Shown: positions 47,573 through 57,509 of the stretch, one piece after another
Layout of the letters: each line of letters opens with the position of its first letter
How positions within the stretch are numbered: position 1 is the first letter of the stretch
Assembly: GCA_964386905.1 (NCBI GenBank)
Contig: CAYLUP010000001.1
Location: 109,660 to 173,659 of the forward strand
Direction of reading: 5' to 3'
Length of the DNA stretch: 64,000 bases
From: an uncultured Candidatus Saccharibacteria bacterium
GTDB taxonomy: Bacteria; Patescibacteriota; Minisyncoccia; Phycocordibacterales; UBA6899
Position numbers and translations under genes: made by a program
The notes under the pieces: model-generated
Database searches by the model: none
Seen by the model: only the letters and a program-made list of their open reading frames with translations
What the model was told of the DNA's origin: nothing

Positions 47573-48925
47573 ATGGAAAATTCATCCACTAAGATTATTA
47601 CTCGATTTGCGCCATCACCAACTGGCAAATTTCATGTTGGCGGCATACGCACAGCACTCTATAACTATCTGTATGCTCGCAAAATGCAAGGCACTTTTAT
47701 TTTGCGTTGCGAAGACACTGATCCTATCCGTTCAAAAAAAGAATACGAGGATTATTTTCTTGAGCTATTTGAATGGCTTGGTCTAGAGTACGATGCATAT
47801 TATCGTCAAAGCGAAAGAACTCATATCTACAAAAAGTATCTTGAAAAACTGATTGCTGAAGACAAAGCGTATGTTTCAAAGGAAATTCCCAAAGAAGAGG
47901 GGCAGCGCGATGAAGTCATACGTTTGAGAAATCCTGGTAAGGTTGTAACCTTCCATGATGAAGTTCTTGGGGATATTTCTGTTGATACGACGGACTTGGG
48001 TGATTTTGTGATTGCTCGAGAACTCGATTCGCCCGTATATCATTTTACTGTTGTTGTTGATGATTATGAAATGGGCGTGACACATATTATTCGAGGGCAA
48101 GAGCATGTTTCAAATACACCTCGTCAAATCTTGATTCAAGAGGCAATTGGTGCTCCTCGACCAAAGTATGCCCATGCTTCTGTTATTTTAAATAATGAAC
48201 GAGCAAAGTTAAGCAAACGTGATCCTCTCGTTCGGCCCGCTCTTGAATATAAGACTGAAGGATACTTACCACTCGGAATGTTGAACTTCATGGCACTCCT
48301 TGGATGGAACCCTGGTACAGAACAAGAAATTTTTTCAAAAGATGATCTCATTCATGCATTTTCATTGGAAAAACTTCAAAAGCCTGGTGCAATTTTCAAT
48401 CCTGAGAAGCTGGAGTGGGTAAATCGAGAGCACATAAAACTGATGAGCGCGGAGAATCGCATCGCTATGGCAAAAGCATATTTCCCTGAGGATGTTCGGA
48501 ACCACCCCGCATTCGACAAAATGTATTCCGTTTTTGCCCCGTTGCTTATTGAGCGTATTTCGCATTTTGGGGAAATTGCTGACCTTGTTGCGCAAGGAGA
48601 AATTGATTTTTATCTCAATCCTCCACAAATTACACGTGAACAATTATTTTGGAAAGAAGAAGCTGATCCAGTACAGATTGAAAAAAGGCTTCGCGTTGTC
48701 CGTGAAAGAGTACAGCAACTTGCCGACGATATTACCCCAGAAAGTGCAAAAAATGCTCTCTGGGATTATGCAGAAGAAGAGGGGAGGGGTCAGGTGCTAT
48801 GGCCAACTCGCGTTGCTCTTTCTGGGAAAGAAAAATCACCAGATCCTTTTACACTTCTTTCGCAGCTTGGAAAACAGGAATCACTTGCTCGGATTGATCG
48901 TGCAATTGGAGTCTGTCGTATTTAA
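47573..48925 (+). CDS. gltX: Glutamate--tRNA ligase
   Basis: TRFAPSPTGKFHVGGIRTALYNYL (HIGH-type), KLSKR motif; class I GluRS/GlnRS core. Confidence 0.9.
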   Translation: MENSSTKIITRFAPSPTGKFHVGGIRTALYNYLYARKMQGTFILRCEDTDPIRSKKEYEDYFLELFEWLGLEYDAYYRQSERTHIYKKYLEKLIAEDKAYVSKEIPKEEGQRDEVIRLRNPGKVVTFHDEVLGDISVDTTDLGDFVIARELDSPVYHFTVVVDDYEMGVTHIIRGQEHVSNTPRQILIQEAIGAPRPKYAHASVILNNERAKLSKRDPLVRPALEYKTEGYLPLGMLNFMALLGWNPGTEQEIFSKDDLIHAFSLEKLQKPGAIFNPEKLEWVNREHIKLMSAENRIAMAKAYFPEDVRNHPAFDKMYSVFAPLLIERISHFGEIADLVAQGEIDFYLNPPQITREQLFWKEEADPVQIEKRLRVVRERVQQLADDITPESAKNALWDYAEEEGRGQVLWPTRVALSGKEKSPDPFTLLSQLGKQESLARIDRAIGVCRI

Positions 48926-48931
48926 TCTCTT

Positions 48932-50224
48932 ATGTTCACAAAAAAGTCCTTTTTGAAGTATCAATTATATGCAGGGATCCTTGCGCTTGTGGTAGGCGCA
49001 AGTTTTTCAGTATCTCATCGTGCAATAGCACAGACCGCTACGGCGATTCAGGATAAAATCGAAAACCACAAAGACTCACTTGAAAAGCTAAATGAAGAAA
49101 TCGGACAATTAAAAAATCAGATTGATACGATTGGCAAGCAAAAAAAGACCCTCCAGAATGAAATAAAAAGTATAGAACTTGTCCGGCAAAAAATACAAAA
49201 AGAGGCAGAAATTACTAGAATTAAAGCACAACGGACAAATACTGCAATTTCATCTTTAGAAAGAAGCATTAAGGATAAACAGCTCGCGGTCGCTCGCCAA
49301 AAAGAGGCTGTAACATTTGCAATACAGCGTATTGCAGAATATGATAACCGCTCCATGCTTGAAATGCTTCTTTCCGCCGATTCACTTTCCGATGCGTTTG
49401 AGGAGGCTGACCAGCTGGAGCAGGTACAATCTTCGTTTGTAGAGCACATGAGAACACTCCAGGGTCTTACGAAGGATCTTGAAACAGATAAAATACGTCA
49501 ACAAGAGGAACATAAAAAAGCAAAAGCGTATTCGAAAGAACTTACCGAACAAGAAGGACTCGTTAATGAAAAAAAACTAGAGCGCACAGCTCTTGTAAAG
49601 GAAACCAGTAATAAAGAGTCGCAATACCAAGCGCAGCTTGCAGAAAAAGAAAGAAGAAAAAAACAGTTTGAGCAAGAGCTCCAGCAATTTGAAGCAAGCT
49701 TGAAAGCAAGTGTTGATTCAACAACATTTCCAAAGGCAGGTACAAAAGTATTCCTTATGCCTATTGCGAGTACTCGAATTACTCAACATTTTGGCTATAC
49801 CGCTGCAGCAAAGTATCTGTACGCTTCAGGAAAACACTCAGGGACAGATTTTGCCGCACAGGTTGGTACTCCGGTGGTATCAGTTGCACCTGGTATCGTT
49901 GAGGCTACGGGAGATACGGATATCGCATGTCGTGGTGCTTCTTATGGTAAATATGTCTATGTAAAGCACAAAAATGGCCTCTCTACGCTGTATGCACACT
50001 TGAGTCGAATATCGGTCGCACAGGGTCAGGAAGTCGGCGCACAAGAGCTCCTGGGCTATTCTGGGAATACAGGATACTCAACTGGACCGCACTTACACCT
50101 TGGGTTGTACGTGTCCTCAGCAACGAAGGTAGACAATGTGCCGAGCCAATCCTGTCGTGGTGCAGTATTTCGAATGCCTGTTGCACCAAAAGAAGCATAC
50201 CTTGATTTTGAGAACTATATCTAA
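48932..50224 (+). CDS. M23-family metallopeptidase with N-terminal coiled coil (EnvC-like murein hydrolase activator/peptidase)
   Basis: Signal/TM then ~250 aa coiled coil, C-terminal M23 domain HSGTDFAA...GNTGYSTGPHLHLGLY. Confidence 0.85.
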   Translation: MFTKKSFLKYQLYAGILALVVGASFSVSHRAIAQTATAIQDKIENHKDSLEKLNEEIGQLKNQIDTIGKQKKTLQNEIKSIELVRQKIQKEAEITRIKAQRTNTAISSLERSIKDKQLAVARQKEAVTFAIQRIAEYDNRSMLEMLLSADSLSDAFEEADQLEQVQSSFVEHMRTLQGLTKDLETDKIRQQEEHKKAKAYSKELTEQEGLVNEKKLERTALVKETSNKESQYQAQLAEKERRKKQFEQELQQFEASLKASVDSTTFPKAGTKVFLMPIASTRITQHFGYTAAAKYLYASGKHSGTDFAAQVGTPVVSVAPGIVEATGDTDIACRGASYGKYVYVKHKNGLSTLYAHLSRISVAQGQEVGAQELLGYSGNTGYSTGPHLHLGLYVSSATKVDNVPSQSCRGAVFRMPVAPKEAYLDFENYI

Positions 50225-50257
50225 AAAAACCACCCTATATTATTAGAGGTGGTTTTT
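50224..50257 (+). terminator. Hairpin terminator (aaaaaaccaccctatattattagaggtggttttt)
   Basis: Stem-loop + T-run. Confidence 0.65.
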
Positions 50258-50653
50258 AAAACAACACATATTAAGAGGGGGGTCAATGGTATTAAAAACA
50301 ACACTGCGGAAAGCAGCACATAGGTTTGATGGTTGCAGATGGAAAGATCCTCGCACGAGATGGTATATGCATAAGACAGTAATTATCTAGATCGGAAAGC
50401 ACACGTGAATGTTCATGAGTGCGCGTATTGTGGTGTTCGTTGAAAACGGGCGCTGGTAGATAGTGCGCATGCTATATACATAGCTATATTATTGCATATA
50501 TAATGTCGTAAAAGATATATTGTGCGACATATCTAAATATACTGAATAGTTCAAGGTATTGATCAATCCATCCCTATAAACCCCTTTTCCCTGCCCAGTA
50601 CACAACAAAAAAGCCCACCCCTTGTTTTAGGATATGTGGGCATTATTGATTGC

Positions 50654-51169
50654 TTATGACACGAGACTGGCTTCTTCTCTTGGAAACAGGATATCAGGTG
50701 GCGCCGCAGAGAGTATGAGCTCAAAGAGCGGGTCTATCCACGTAGTATTTATCACAGCAATGACTTCACAGGCATTCATTCCTGAAAAGAGTTTTTGCCA
50801 AGCAAGATACTTTCTTTCTGTGACGATGCTCTGTTCATTTGATGTTGATGAATCAAGGCTCGGCTTAATATGTACGCGCTCTATACAGTTCGCAAACTCA
50901 AGTGGAGAAAGAGTCCGGACGGCTCCGGCTGGTGCGTGAATAGTGTTAAACTGAGAAATAGATGCGATATGTATCGATGAATGAATCCAACGTGCCTGTA
51001 GCTCAATGCAGACTTCTTCTGCAGTCATGCACGGGAACAAGGATTCCCAACTCCCCTTTTCTTCGAGTGGCACAGAGACAATACTGATGGTGGTTATTCC
51101 GGTATGTCTGCGAGGGTGGCGTAGATGCGATACAAAGATGGTCATAAGAACCCCTATAATAATGAGCAC
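50654..51169 (-). CDS. Hypothetical protein with N-terminal TM helix
   Basis: 171-aa ORF, hydrophobic N-terminus MLIIIGVLMTIFV; no recognised domain. Confidence 0.35.
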   Translation of the reverse strand: MLIIIGVLMTIFVSHLRHPRRHTGITTISIVSVPLEEKGSWESLFPCMTAEEVCIELQARWIHSSIHIASISQFNTIHAPAGAVRTLSPLEFANCIERVHIKPSLDSSTSNEQSIVTERKYLAWQKLFSGMNACEVIAVINTTWIDPLFELILSAAPPDILFPREEASLVS

Positions 51170-51225
51170 AACCTGTATATATTGTACTCTTTTTGTGTGT
51201 TCCTATACAAAAATACTGTGTATAT

Positions 51226-51831
51226 CTATTTGAGGGTTAAGGAGAATAGCGGGGTGTGTGAAATGTTTCCTTGCGCTATTCTATCTCGTCGGAAGATACA
51301 GAGGGTATCAAGTCGTAATACAGAAAGACGTTCTGTAATATCGCATGGTGGGACAATCGAATTGAGCAATGTCCCCTCCTCTGTTTTTGCGATAGTGATA
51401 TGTGGGGCAGATATTTTTGCTCCAGATGCTCTTCTCCCTTTTCTATCTCTTGTAAATCTCCATGTTCCAATTTTCCAGCACGACTCCTCGAGCTCCTCGA
51501 CGAGTTTCTCGTACCATGAATTGCTATCATAGCGTATCCATAGCCTATCAGGTTCGTCTGGTCTCATAACGAGCAAACGCCCATTTTTGCAGGTTATTGG
51601 ATGGATGCGTGAAGCAGTGTTTTCGATAATGGTGATAAGTGACTGAAGAGTGCTCTGATAGATTTTTCCGAGCGACAAGAGCGTGATGAAATGGCCCCCA
51701 GTGTGAGGAATAAGGAGTGGGTCGATGTCATGATCTTCGAGGAGTGTGTGAATTTCGTTTGAATGCGCCTCAGAGACCAAAAACCCTATTGAGAGGAATA
51801 TCTCATTTGGATGGTGTGTGGATTGGTTCAT
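51226..51831 (-). CDS. 2H phosphoesterase superfamily protein (LigT-like 2'-5' RNA ligase / cyclic phosphodiesterase)
   Basis: Two H-x-T/S-x motifs: HFITLLSLG and HITIAKT, correctly spaced. Confidence 0.6.
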   Translation of the reverse strand: MNQSTHHPNEIFLSIGFLVSEAHSNEIHTLLEDHDIDPLLIPHTGGHFITLLSLGKIYQSTLQSLITIIENTASRIHPITCKNGRLLVMRPDEPDRLWIRYDSNSWYEKLVEELEESCWKIGTWRFTRDRKGRRASGAKISAPHITIAKTEEGTLLNSIVPPCDITERLSVLRLDTLCIFRRDRIAQGNISHTPLFSLTLK

Positions 51832-52471
51832 AAATACTTGTAATTGAAGGGCTACGGTTACGCATTACATCAGAAAACATTTTTAATCGAGCAAAGTATT
51901 CGCGAACATACTGTTTTGCAATAACAATATTGTTTCGTGATCCTGGGACGACATACGCTATTGCATCTATACCATTCCAATGCGCAATATATAAGGCACG
52001 CTCTGCATGATATCGCTGGGTGATAATAATTGGGTTATTGATTCCGAATACATCACGGGAACGAAGGATTGAGTCATATGTGTCTCTGCCTGCGAAATCC
52101 TCAATGATTGCATTTTCTGGGATTCCATATAGCAGTAACGCATGTTTCATTGCGCGCGGTTCATTGTAATACTTTGTGCGATTATCCCCAGAGACAATAA
52201 TTTGTCGAATCACACCTTCTTGATAAAGGCGTACAGCTCCGGCAATACGTTCTGTGAAGTACGTATTTGATTCGCCCTGAGCTGTTTTTGGTGTTGTCCC
52301 AAGTATGAGTCCTACCGTATATTGTGAAGGTATTTGCTCGTATTTTGAAAATATTTGTTCTTGCTTTGATATGTGTATATAGATATGAAAACAGAGAGAT
52401 AACACAAAAAGCACAATTATTGCGAAGACTACATGCTGAACAAATGATTGGAGTGTACGGTTGTGTGTCAT
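51803..52471 (-). CDS. DUF218 (SanA/YdcF/ElyC-like) membrane-associated protein
   Basis: N-terminal TM and conserved IIVSGDN...ALLLYGIPENAII...IIITQRYHAERALYIA core. Confidence 0.7.
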   Translation of the reverse strand: MTHNRTLQSFVQHVVFAIIVLFVLSLCFHIYIHISKQEQIFSKYEQIPSQYTVGLILGTTPKTAQGESNTYFTERIAGAVRLYQEGVIRQIIVSGDNRTKYYNEPRAMKHALLLYGIPENAIIEDFAGRDTYDSILRSRDVFGINNPIIITQRYHAERALYIAHWNGIDAIAYVVPGSRNNIVIAKQYVREYFARLKMFSDVMRNRSPSITSIYEPIHTPSK

Positions 52472-52514
52472 CTATGTACTCATTATATAGAATTAATGAA
52501 AAAGTACACGGATT

Positions 52515-53717
52515 TTACTGTGTACTTTCACCGATAACAATATACTTTCTATTCCAGTCTTTATTTAAGAGTAATCTTGAAACAAAATGTGGCTTTTCCT
52601 GACGATAAAGTGATTCTGGGTCAAACAGATACAATCCCTGAATATCACCTGAATGAGTCTCTGCGTAGCCAACTGCAAGAACAAGGTGTGGACGTTTAAT
52701 ACCAAAAAGTTGTTTTGCTACTGAAAGTATGACGAGATTTCCTTTTTTGAGTTCCCAGACAACATCATCTATAATTCCACCCTCTGTGCGATATCCGGAG
52801 AGCCCATATGAGGTCGCCATATCTACTATGCCTTGATGATACCACCCGAATGACTCTGTGAAATATCCTTTTTCTTTTGCTGTTGAGCATAGTGTCTCAA
52901 TTGAAGATATGGGTTTGTAAAAATGATCTAAAATCATTGCAAGGCAGACGCCCCCACATGCCCTATTCGTCCAATATGGATTCGAAATATCAAGAAGTTG
53001 AGAAAAGTAATGAACTGAATGAATATGCTTTTGGTACCCAATTTTTTCCCCATGTGCGAGGTAATGAAGCAGATTGTGTGTGGAGTATAGGTCAGTTCTA
53101 TCCTGTGGAATAGTAACGCAGTATCTAGGCTCATTCATCTCCCCCATCCTTCGATATCCGACAATGTGGCGAAACGATGGTGCAGCATCAAGGTCTTGTA
53201 CATACGTGCCATTGATAGAACGACTCGAATGGAGCACTTTGCCTTCTCCGAGATAGATGCCGACATGATCAACGCCCTCAGGAACAACCGTGCCGTGCCT
53301 CCATTCGATTGATGCGTAGTGGATCTTCCCTTCTCCTGAGTTTGAAAATATCAAATCGCCATATTGAAGATCACCTTTTTGTATCTCCTCAAGAAAAATA
53401 TATTTATCTACAGTAATGGATGGCATCCATGAAAGTCCTGCAACAGTTGCAATATAGCTCACAAGGGAAGAGCAAGAAAATGCATTTGGGGCATCTTTTT
53501 GCATGATTGACGGGTTTTTGTACGCTGAGCCAATAAGTGTAGGGACTACATTTTCAATACGAGCACGTGGTGTTTTGAACGTAAATTGAAAATTATTTTG
53601 CTGAAGTGCGTACACGATATCATCATGCGACACGGTGTTTCCAAAGAACGCCTTTGCATCGTCAAGAGAAAAACCAATTTTATATTCCCAGGACATACTA
53701 TATAGAACCTTGAGCAA
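52515..53717 (-). CDS. Two-domain cysteine peptidase: N-terminal NlpC/P60-like + C-terminal peptidase-C39-like domain
   Basis: NlpC/P60 Cys/His context (FSCSSLVSYIATVAGL ... HVGIYLGEGKVLHSS) and second papain-like module with CGGVCLAMIL catalytic-Cys context. Confidence 0.55.
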   Translation of the reverse strand: MLKVLYSMSWEYKIGFSLDDAKAFFGNTVSHDDIVYALQQNNFQFTFKTPRARIENVVPTLIGSAYKNPSIMQKDAPNAFSCSSLVSYIATVAGLSWMPSITVDKYIFLEEIQKGDLQYGDLIFSNSGEGKIHYASIEWRHGTVVPEGVDHVGIYLGEGKVLHSSRSINGTYVQDLDAAPSFRHIVGYRRMGEMNEPRYCVTIPQDRTDLYSTHNLLHYLAHGEKIGYQKHIHSVHYFSQLLDISNPYWTNRACGGVCLAMILDHFYKPISSIETLCSTAKEKGYFTESFGWYHQGIVDMATSYGLSGYRTEGGIIDDVVWELKKGNLVILSVAKQLFGIKRPHLVLAVGYAETHSGDIQGLYLFDPESLYRQEKPHFVSRLLLNKDWNRKYIVIGESTQ

Positions 53718-54582
53718 TAAGCGTATTCATAAATATAATACCAATAGTGATTGCAACAAGCATAAAGCCGTTTGCAATGAGAATGGGGTGTTGTTTTTGA
53801 ATGCGAATCACGGCCGCAAGAACAAGCGCTACAATGGCAACGATAATGATTGCATATTGTAATGAGATAGAAAATTTCGGTATATAAGAGATAGTTTTCT
53901 CGATCAACGAAAGAGGCTTCTGTTCAACTGATGTTCCGAGAACAGAATTTTGCTGATGTTGCGATGCTGTTTCTTGAAGTTTTGGTATGCGTTGCGCTTG
54001 TGTGGCAGGTGTATTGTGTCTTCGTCCAAAATGTTGAACAACAAAAATTGCATCTCTCCCCTTGTATTTCCCTACCGCTGTAGCAATTCCGATTTCAGAA
54101 AATTTTGCATTCAGTATATTGTCTCGATGTGTCGGAGAGTTCATCCACGCTGTTGTGACATCTGATGACTCAATAAAATTAACTGCGAGATTTTCTCCAG
54201 CATTTTGATATTGGTAACCTGCTTGTTTAAACCAGTACCACGGCGTTGTTCCGTCAGGTGAATTGTGAGCAAAATATCCATACTGAGCCATATGGTCTGC
54301 CTTCATTTGTGCAGATGAAACAAGTTGTTCATTTGTTGTTAATGATGGAAGAAGTGTTTTTGTGCGCTCGGTGTTTGTTTGTTCAACAAGAGTTGAGGCA
54401 ATAACAGCTGCAACTTGAGAGTTCCCCGGAGCGATAACAAAAGCATATGTAAGGTAAAACGCCTGTGCGAGAAGCACGAGAATGAGAAGGGTTTGAACGT
54501 TATCAGAACGAAGAAAATGAGGTTTATGGTCATTTTTTTCGTGTGGGATGAATAAGTCAACAACAATTTCGAGGATTCTCAT
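53698..54582 (-). CDS. CAP/SCP/PR1-like domain protein (YkwD-like) with C-terminal TM anchor
   Basis: CAP motifs HYTQMVW-like (GYFAHNSPDGTTPWYWF...GENLAV...WMNSPTHRDNIL) followed by hydrophobic tail. Confidence 0.7.
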   Translation of the reverse strand: MRILEIVVDLFIPHEKNDHKPHFLRSDNVQTLLILVLLAQAFYLTYAFVIAPGNSQVAAVIASTLVEQTNTERTKTLLPSLTTNEQLVSSAQMKADHMAQYGYFAHNSPDGTTPWYWFKQAGYQYQNAGENLAVNFIESSDVTTAWMNSPTHRDNILNAKFSEIGIATAVGKYKGRDAIFVVQHFGRRHNTPATQAQRIPKLQETASQHQQNSVLGTSVEQKPLSLIEKTISYIPKFSISLQYAIIIVAIVALVLAAVIRIQKQHPILIANGFMLVAITIGIIFMNTLIAQGSI

Positions 54583-54642
54583 AAGGTCATTTCAACATAA
54601 ATATTCAGATTTTGCAATAGAAAACACATAGGAACTATGTGT

Positions 54643-55725
54643 TTAGAAATACGGCGTGGAGAGATGAAATACAACACCAAGAACGGCTAGAATCATGGAA
54701 ATTACCCAGTAACGCATTGTGACTTTGTATGGAGGCCATCCTATTGCTTGAAAGTGATTATGTAGTGGTGCAACAAGAAAAACCTTCTTACCGTTTCTTA
54801 GTTTTTTGGAAAGTATTTGAATTGCGCTTGAACCAGCGGTAACAATAAGCGGAAGTGCAATAATGAGTGTTACAAATTCTGCGTTTGCAAGAAAAGCAAC
54901 CGTTACAAGAGAGGTTGTGAGGCCCATGGTTCCTGTTTCAGAATTGAAAAATCGTGCAGGTGGAATATTAAACCAAAGAAACGCCAGGAGGCCACCAACG
55001 ACGACTGAACAGAACGCCGCAAGATCGATCTGGTTATTGGAAAATGCAATAATTGCGAGCGCAGCATAGATTGCTGTAAAAACGCCACCAGATAGACCAT
55101 CAACACCGTCAATAACTCCGCCTGAATACATTCCAATAAGATACAAGATAAACACAGGAATAAAGAAGATTCCAAGAGTAATTGTTCCGAAGAATGGAAG
55201 ATCAACGGTGTTCATTCCAAGTTTAAAATAAAACCACAATGAACCGATGATGCCAAGAAGAAACACAAAACCAAGTCGAATTGTCGGCGATAAGCCCCCA
55301 CCTGCATACTTGCCGCTATCCTTCTCTTGGCAGACAAGGTAATCATCAATAAGACCGCAAAGTGCACCAGCAATAAGCGTAAACATTGGTAGCCAAACTT
55401 GTTCGCGGGAGAAATAGTTTAATTTTTGAAAGAGATCTGCAAATTGAGAGTGATCAAACACAAGCGCTAATACAAAAAGGGCAAGCGTTGTTATTGCTGT
55501 CGATCCCCAAATTACTACTCCTCCCATTCGTGGAGTTTTTCGTTCCTCATCTCCATGAATTTTTGCTGTTATCGGAGCAGTCCCGCCCCCTGTTGCCCCC
55601 TGAACACTTTTCTTCTTCCACATTTTGTGTTTAAACAAAAAATGAGTGAGAATTGGTGTTCCAAGAATACCAATAATAAATGAGAGCAGAGTAGGAAATA
55701 ATATTTTAATTACATCGATCGTCAT
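54643..55725 (-). CDS. mraY: Phospho-N-acetylmuramoyl-pentapeptide transferase MraY
   Basis: KTPRMGG, IDDYL, DGVDGL, APLHNHFQAIGW motifs typical of MraY. Confidence 0.85.
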   Translation of the reverse strand: MTIDVIKILFPTLLSFIIGILGTPILTHFLFKHKMWKKKSVQGATGGGTAPITAKIHGDEERKTPRMGGVVIWGSTAITTLALFVLALVFDHSQFADLFQKLNYFSREQVWLPMFTLIAGALCGLIDDYLVCQEKDSGKYAGGGLSPTIRLGFVFLLGIIGSLWFYFKLGMNTVDLPFFGTITLGIFFIPVFILYLIGMYSGGVIDGVDGLSGGVFTAIYAALAIIAFSNNQIDLAAFCSVVVGGLLAFLWFNIPPARFFNSETGTMGLTTSLVTVAFLANAEFVTLIIALPLIVTAGSSAIQILSKKLRNGKKVFLVAPLHNHFQAIGWPPYKVTMRYWVISMILAVLGVVFHLSTPYF

Positions 55726-55737
55726 AGTTTATCAAGG

Positions 55738-56700
55738 TTATTGCACATTTACTGTTTCCCGTGCGGCTGCAAGGAGGAGTTGCACATCGTCAAATCGGGA
55801 TGATTTAGTTGATCCTAAAACAACAATAATGAGTGGCTTCTGAACCCCCACATCAACGACTACTGCCAAGTTTCCACCGGCAAGGTCTGTGTACCCTGTC
55901 TTTCCACCAATAATTCCAGGGGTCATGGAGGCAATTTCATTTGTATTTTTTGCAACATGCGCCTGTTTCATGTTCGTTGTAAACACCATTTCTGGTAGTG
56001 CTGTGTATTGCATGATGTTGCTATGTTTCTTGATGACGTATTCAAGCATTCGCGCAACATCACGCGCACTCCCCTCCCCACCTGCGATACCGTACTCGTC
56101 TAATCCTGTTGCATTTGTAAACGCGAATGAAGTCAAACCAAGTTCCTTAGCTCGCTTATTCATCCCTTGAACGCACGCAGCAACCGCACTAGCATGTGGT
56201 GCAGCTTCCCCAAGTATGCTTTTTCCAACAGCAGAGGCAAGCGCAGTGGTGCCATCATTAGATGAAAGAATTAAAGAAAACGCTAAGAGGTCCTCGGTTT
56301 TCCATTGTTCGTTGAGAACAAGGCCGGAATAGCCCTCAACATCTATGTCATCTTGAGAGATCGTGATGAAGTCACTTGGCTGCAGAGCTTCAGATGCAAG
56401 GATTGCAGACATTACTTTTGTGATGGATGCAAGTGGGCGTTTTGTTTCTGCATTCTTTGCATACAGTACTTTTTGTGCTTGAACGTCAAATACGTATGCA
56501 CTTTTTGCCTGAATATTAAGTTGGTCAAAGTATGATGTATGTTTTTGCTGTGTTCGATCGCTTGCGAGCCCCACGCTACTTGTTGATGCAATCTGTGTCT
56601 TTGGTTCAAAAAATTGCTTCGCAAAAATCCTTGGACCGACAAGGAAGCCAGCAAGGATAAAAATCAAAAGCAATTTAATGTCATTTTTTGTAATAAACAT
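55738..56700 (-). CDS. D-alanyl-D-alanine carboxypeptidase (S11, PBP5/DacA-like)
   Basis: SITK (SxxK) active-site motif in LASITKVMSAILA, SxN and KTG-like segments; N-terminal signal/TM. Confidence 0.8.
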   Translation of the reverse strand: MFITKNDIKLLLIFILAGFLVGPRIFAKQFFEPKTQIASTSSVGLASDRTQQKHTSYFDQLNIQAKSAYVFDVQAQKVLYAKNAETKRPLASITKVMSAILASEALQPSDFITISQDDIDVEGYSGLVLNEQWKTEDLLAFSLILSSNDGTTALASAVGKSILGEAAPHASAVAACVQGMNKRAKELGLTSFAFTNATGLDEYGIAGGEGSARDVARMLEYVIKKHSNIMQYTALPEMVFTTNMKQAHVAKNTNEIASMTPGIIGGKTGYTDLAGGNLAVVVDVGVQKPLIIVVLGSTKSSRFDDVQLLLAAARETVNVQ

Positions 56701-56720
56701 ACACTCTTATTCCTATTAGA

Positions 56721-57509
56721 TTATACAGCGTTGTGATCCTCGCTGGTTGGATGAATATACTCTTTCGCAGCAAGATTCTCATCAAGAACATCTGCATAAT
56801 TTTCTTCGATGGAAGTGGTGTCTACGCACTCTTCCTCAGTCAGTATGCCGTCCCCATTAGTATCGCAGGTAACTGCTCGTGTGTCAGAAGAATCATCCCG
56901 AGATGTTTCATTTGAGAGATCCTCTCGTGTTTCTTTAAATGAAGCTATTTGCGCAAGAATAACATCATACTCAGGGAGTTCCTCGATACGTGTAATCCCC
57001 ATAAACTCAAGCGCCTGTGTTGTTGGTGCGTATAATGCGGCACGCATATCACGAGGATTGTCGCGTTTTTCGATAATTCCACGAATAAGGAGATTTCGAA
57101 GAATAAACGTTGAATTTACACCACGAACATAATCTATTTCGGAACGTGTGAGCGGGCCACTATAGCAAATTATGGCGAGTGTTTCTAATGCAGCCTTTGA
57201 CAATTCTTTACTGAGTTCATCCCTCGTGATTTCTTCAATAAGTGCACTTGCCTCAGGGGTCGTACCGAGAACGTATTCATCATCAAGAGAAATTAACCGA
57301 ATACCTGAATGAGAATGCGAGAGACGTTCTTTGAGGAGGTCGAGTGCGACTCGAACCTCACCAACAGTTGTTTTTGTGATCGATGCGAGTTTTTTTATGC
57401 TATGGTGATCTGCTGTATAAAATAAAATAGCTTCGACGAGAGAAGATAGGTGCTCTGGTGTATGTTTAATCTTGTCCATATTTTGGTGTGTGAAGTTCAA
57501 TTGGCTCAA
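56721..57509 (-). CDS. scpB: Segregation and condensation protein B with acidic C-terminal extension
   Basis: Tandem winged-helix ScpB profile (LSSLVEAILFYTADHHSIKKLASITK...); Asp/Glu-rich tail. Confidence 0.8.
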   Translation of the reverse strand: MSQLNFTHQNMDKIKHTPEHLSSLVEAILFYTADHHSIKKLASITKTTVGEVRVALDLLKERLSHSHSGIRLISLDDEYVLGTTPEASALIEEITRDELSKELSKAALETLAIICYSGPLTRSEIDYVRGVNSTFILRNLLIRGIIEKRDNPRDMRAALYAPTTQALEFMGITRIEELPEYDVILAQIASFKETREDLSNETSRDDSSDTRAVTCDTNGDGILTEEECVDTTSIEENYADVLDENLAAKEYIHPTSEDHNAV

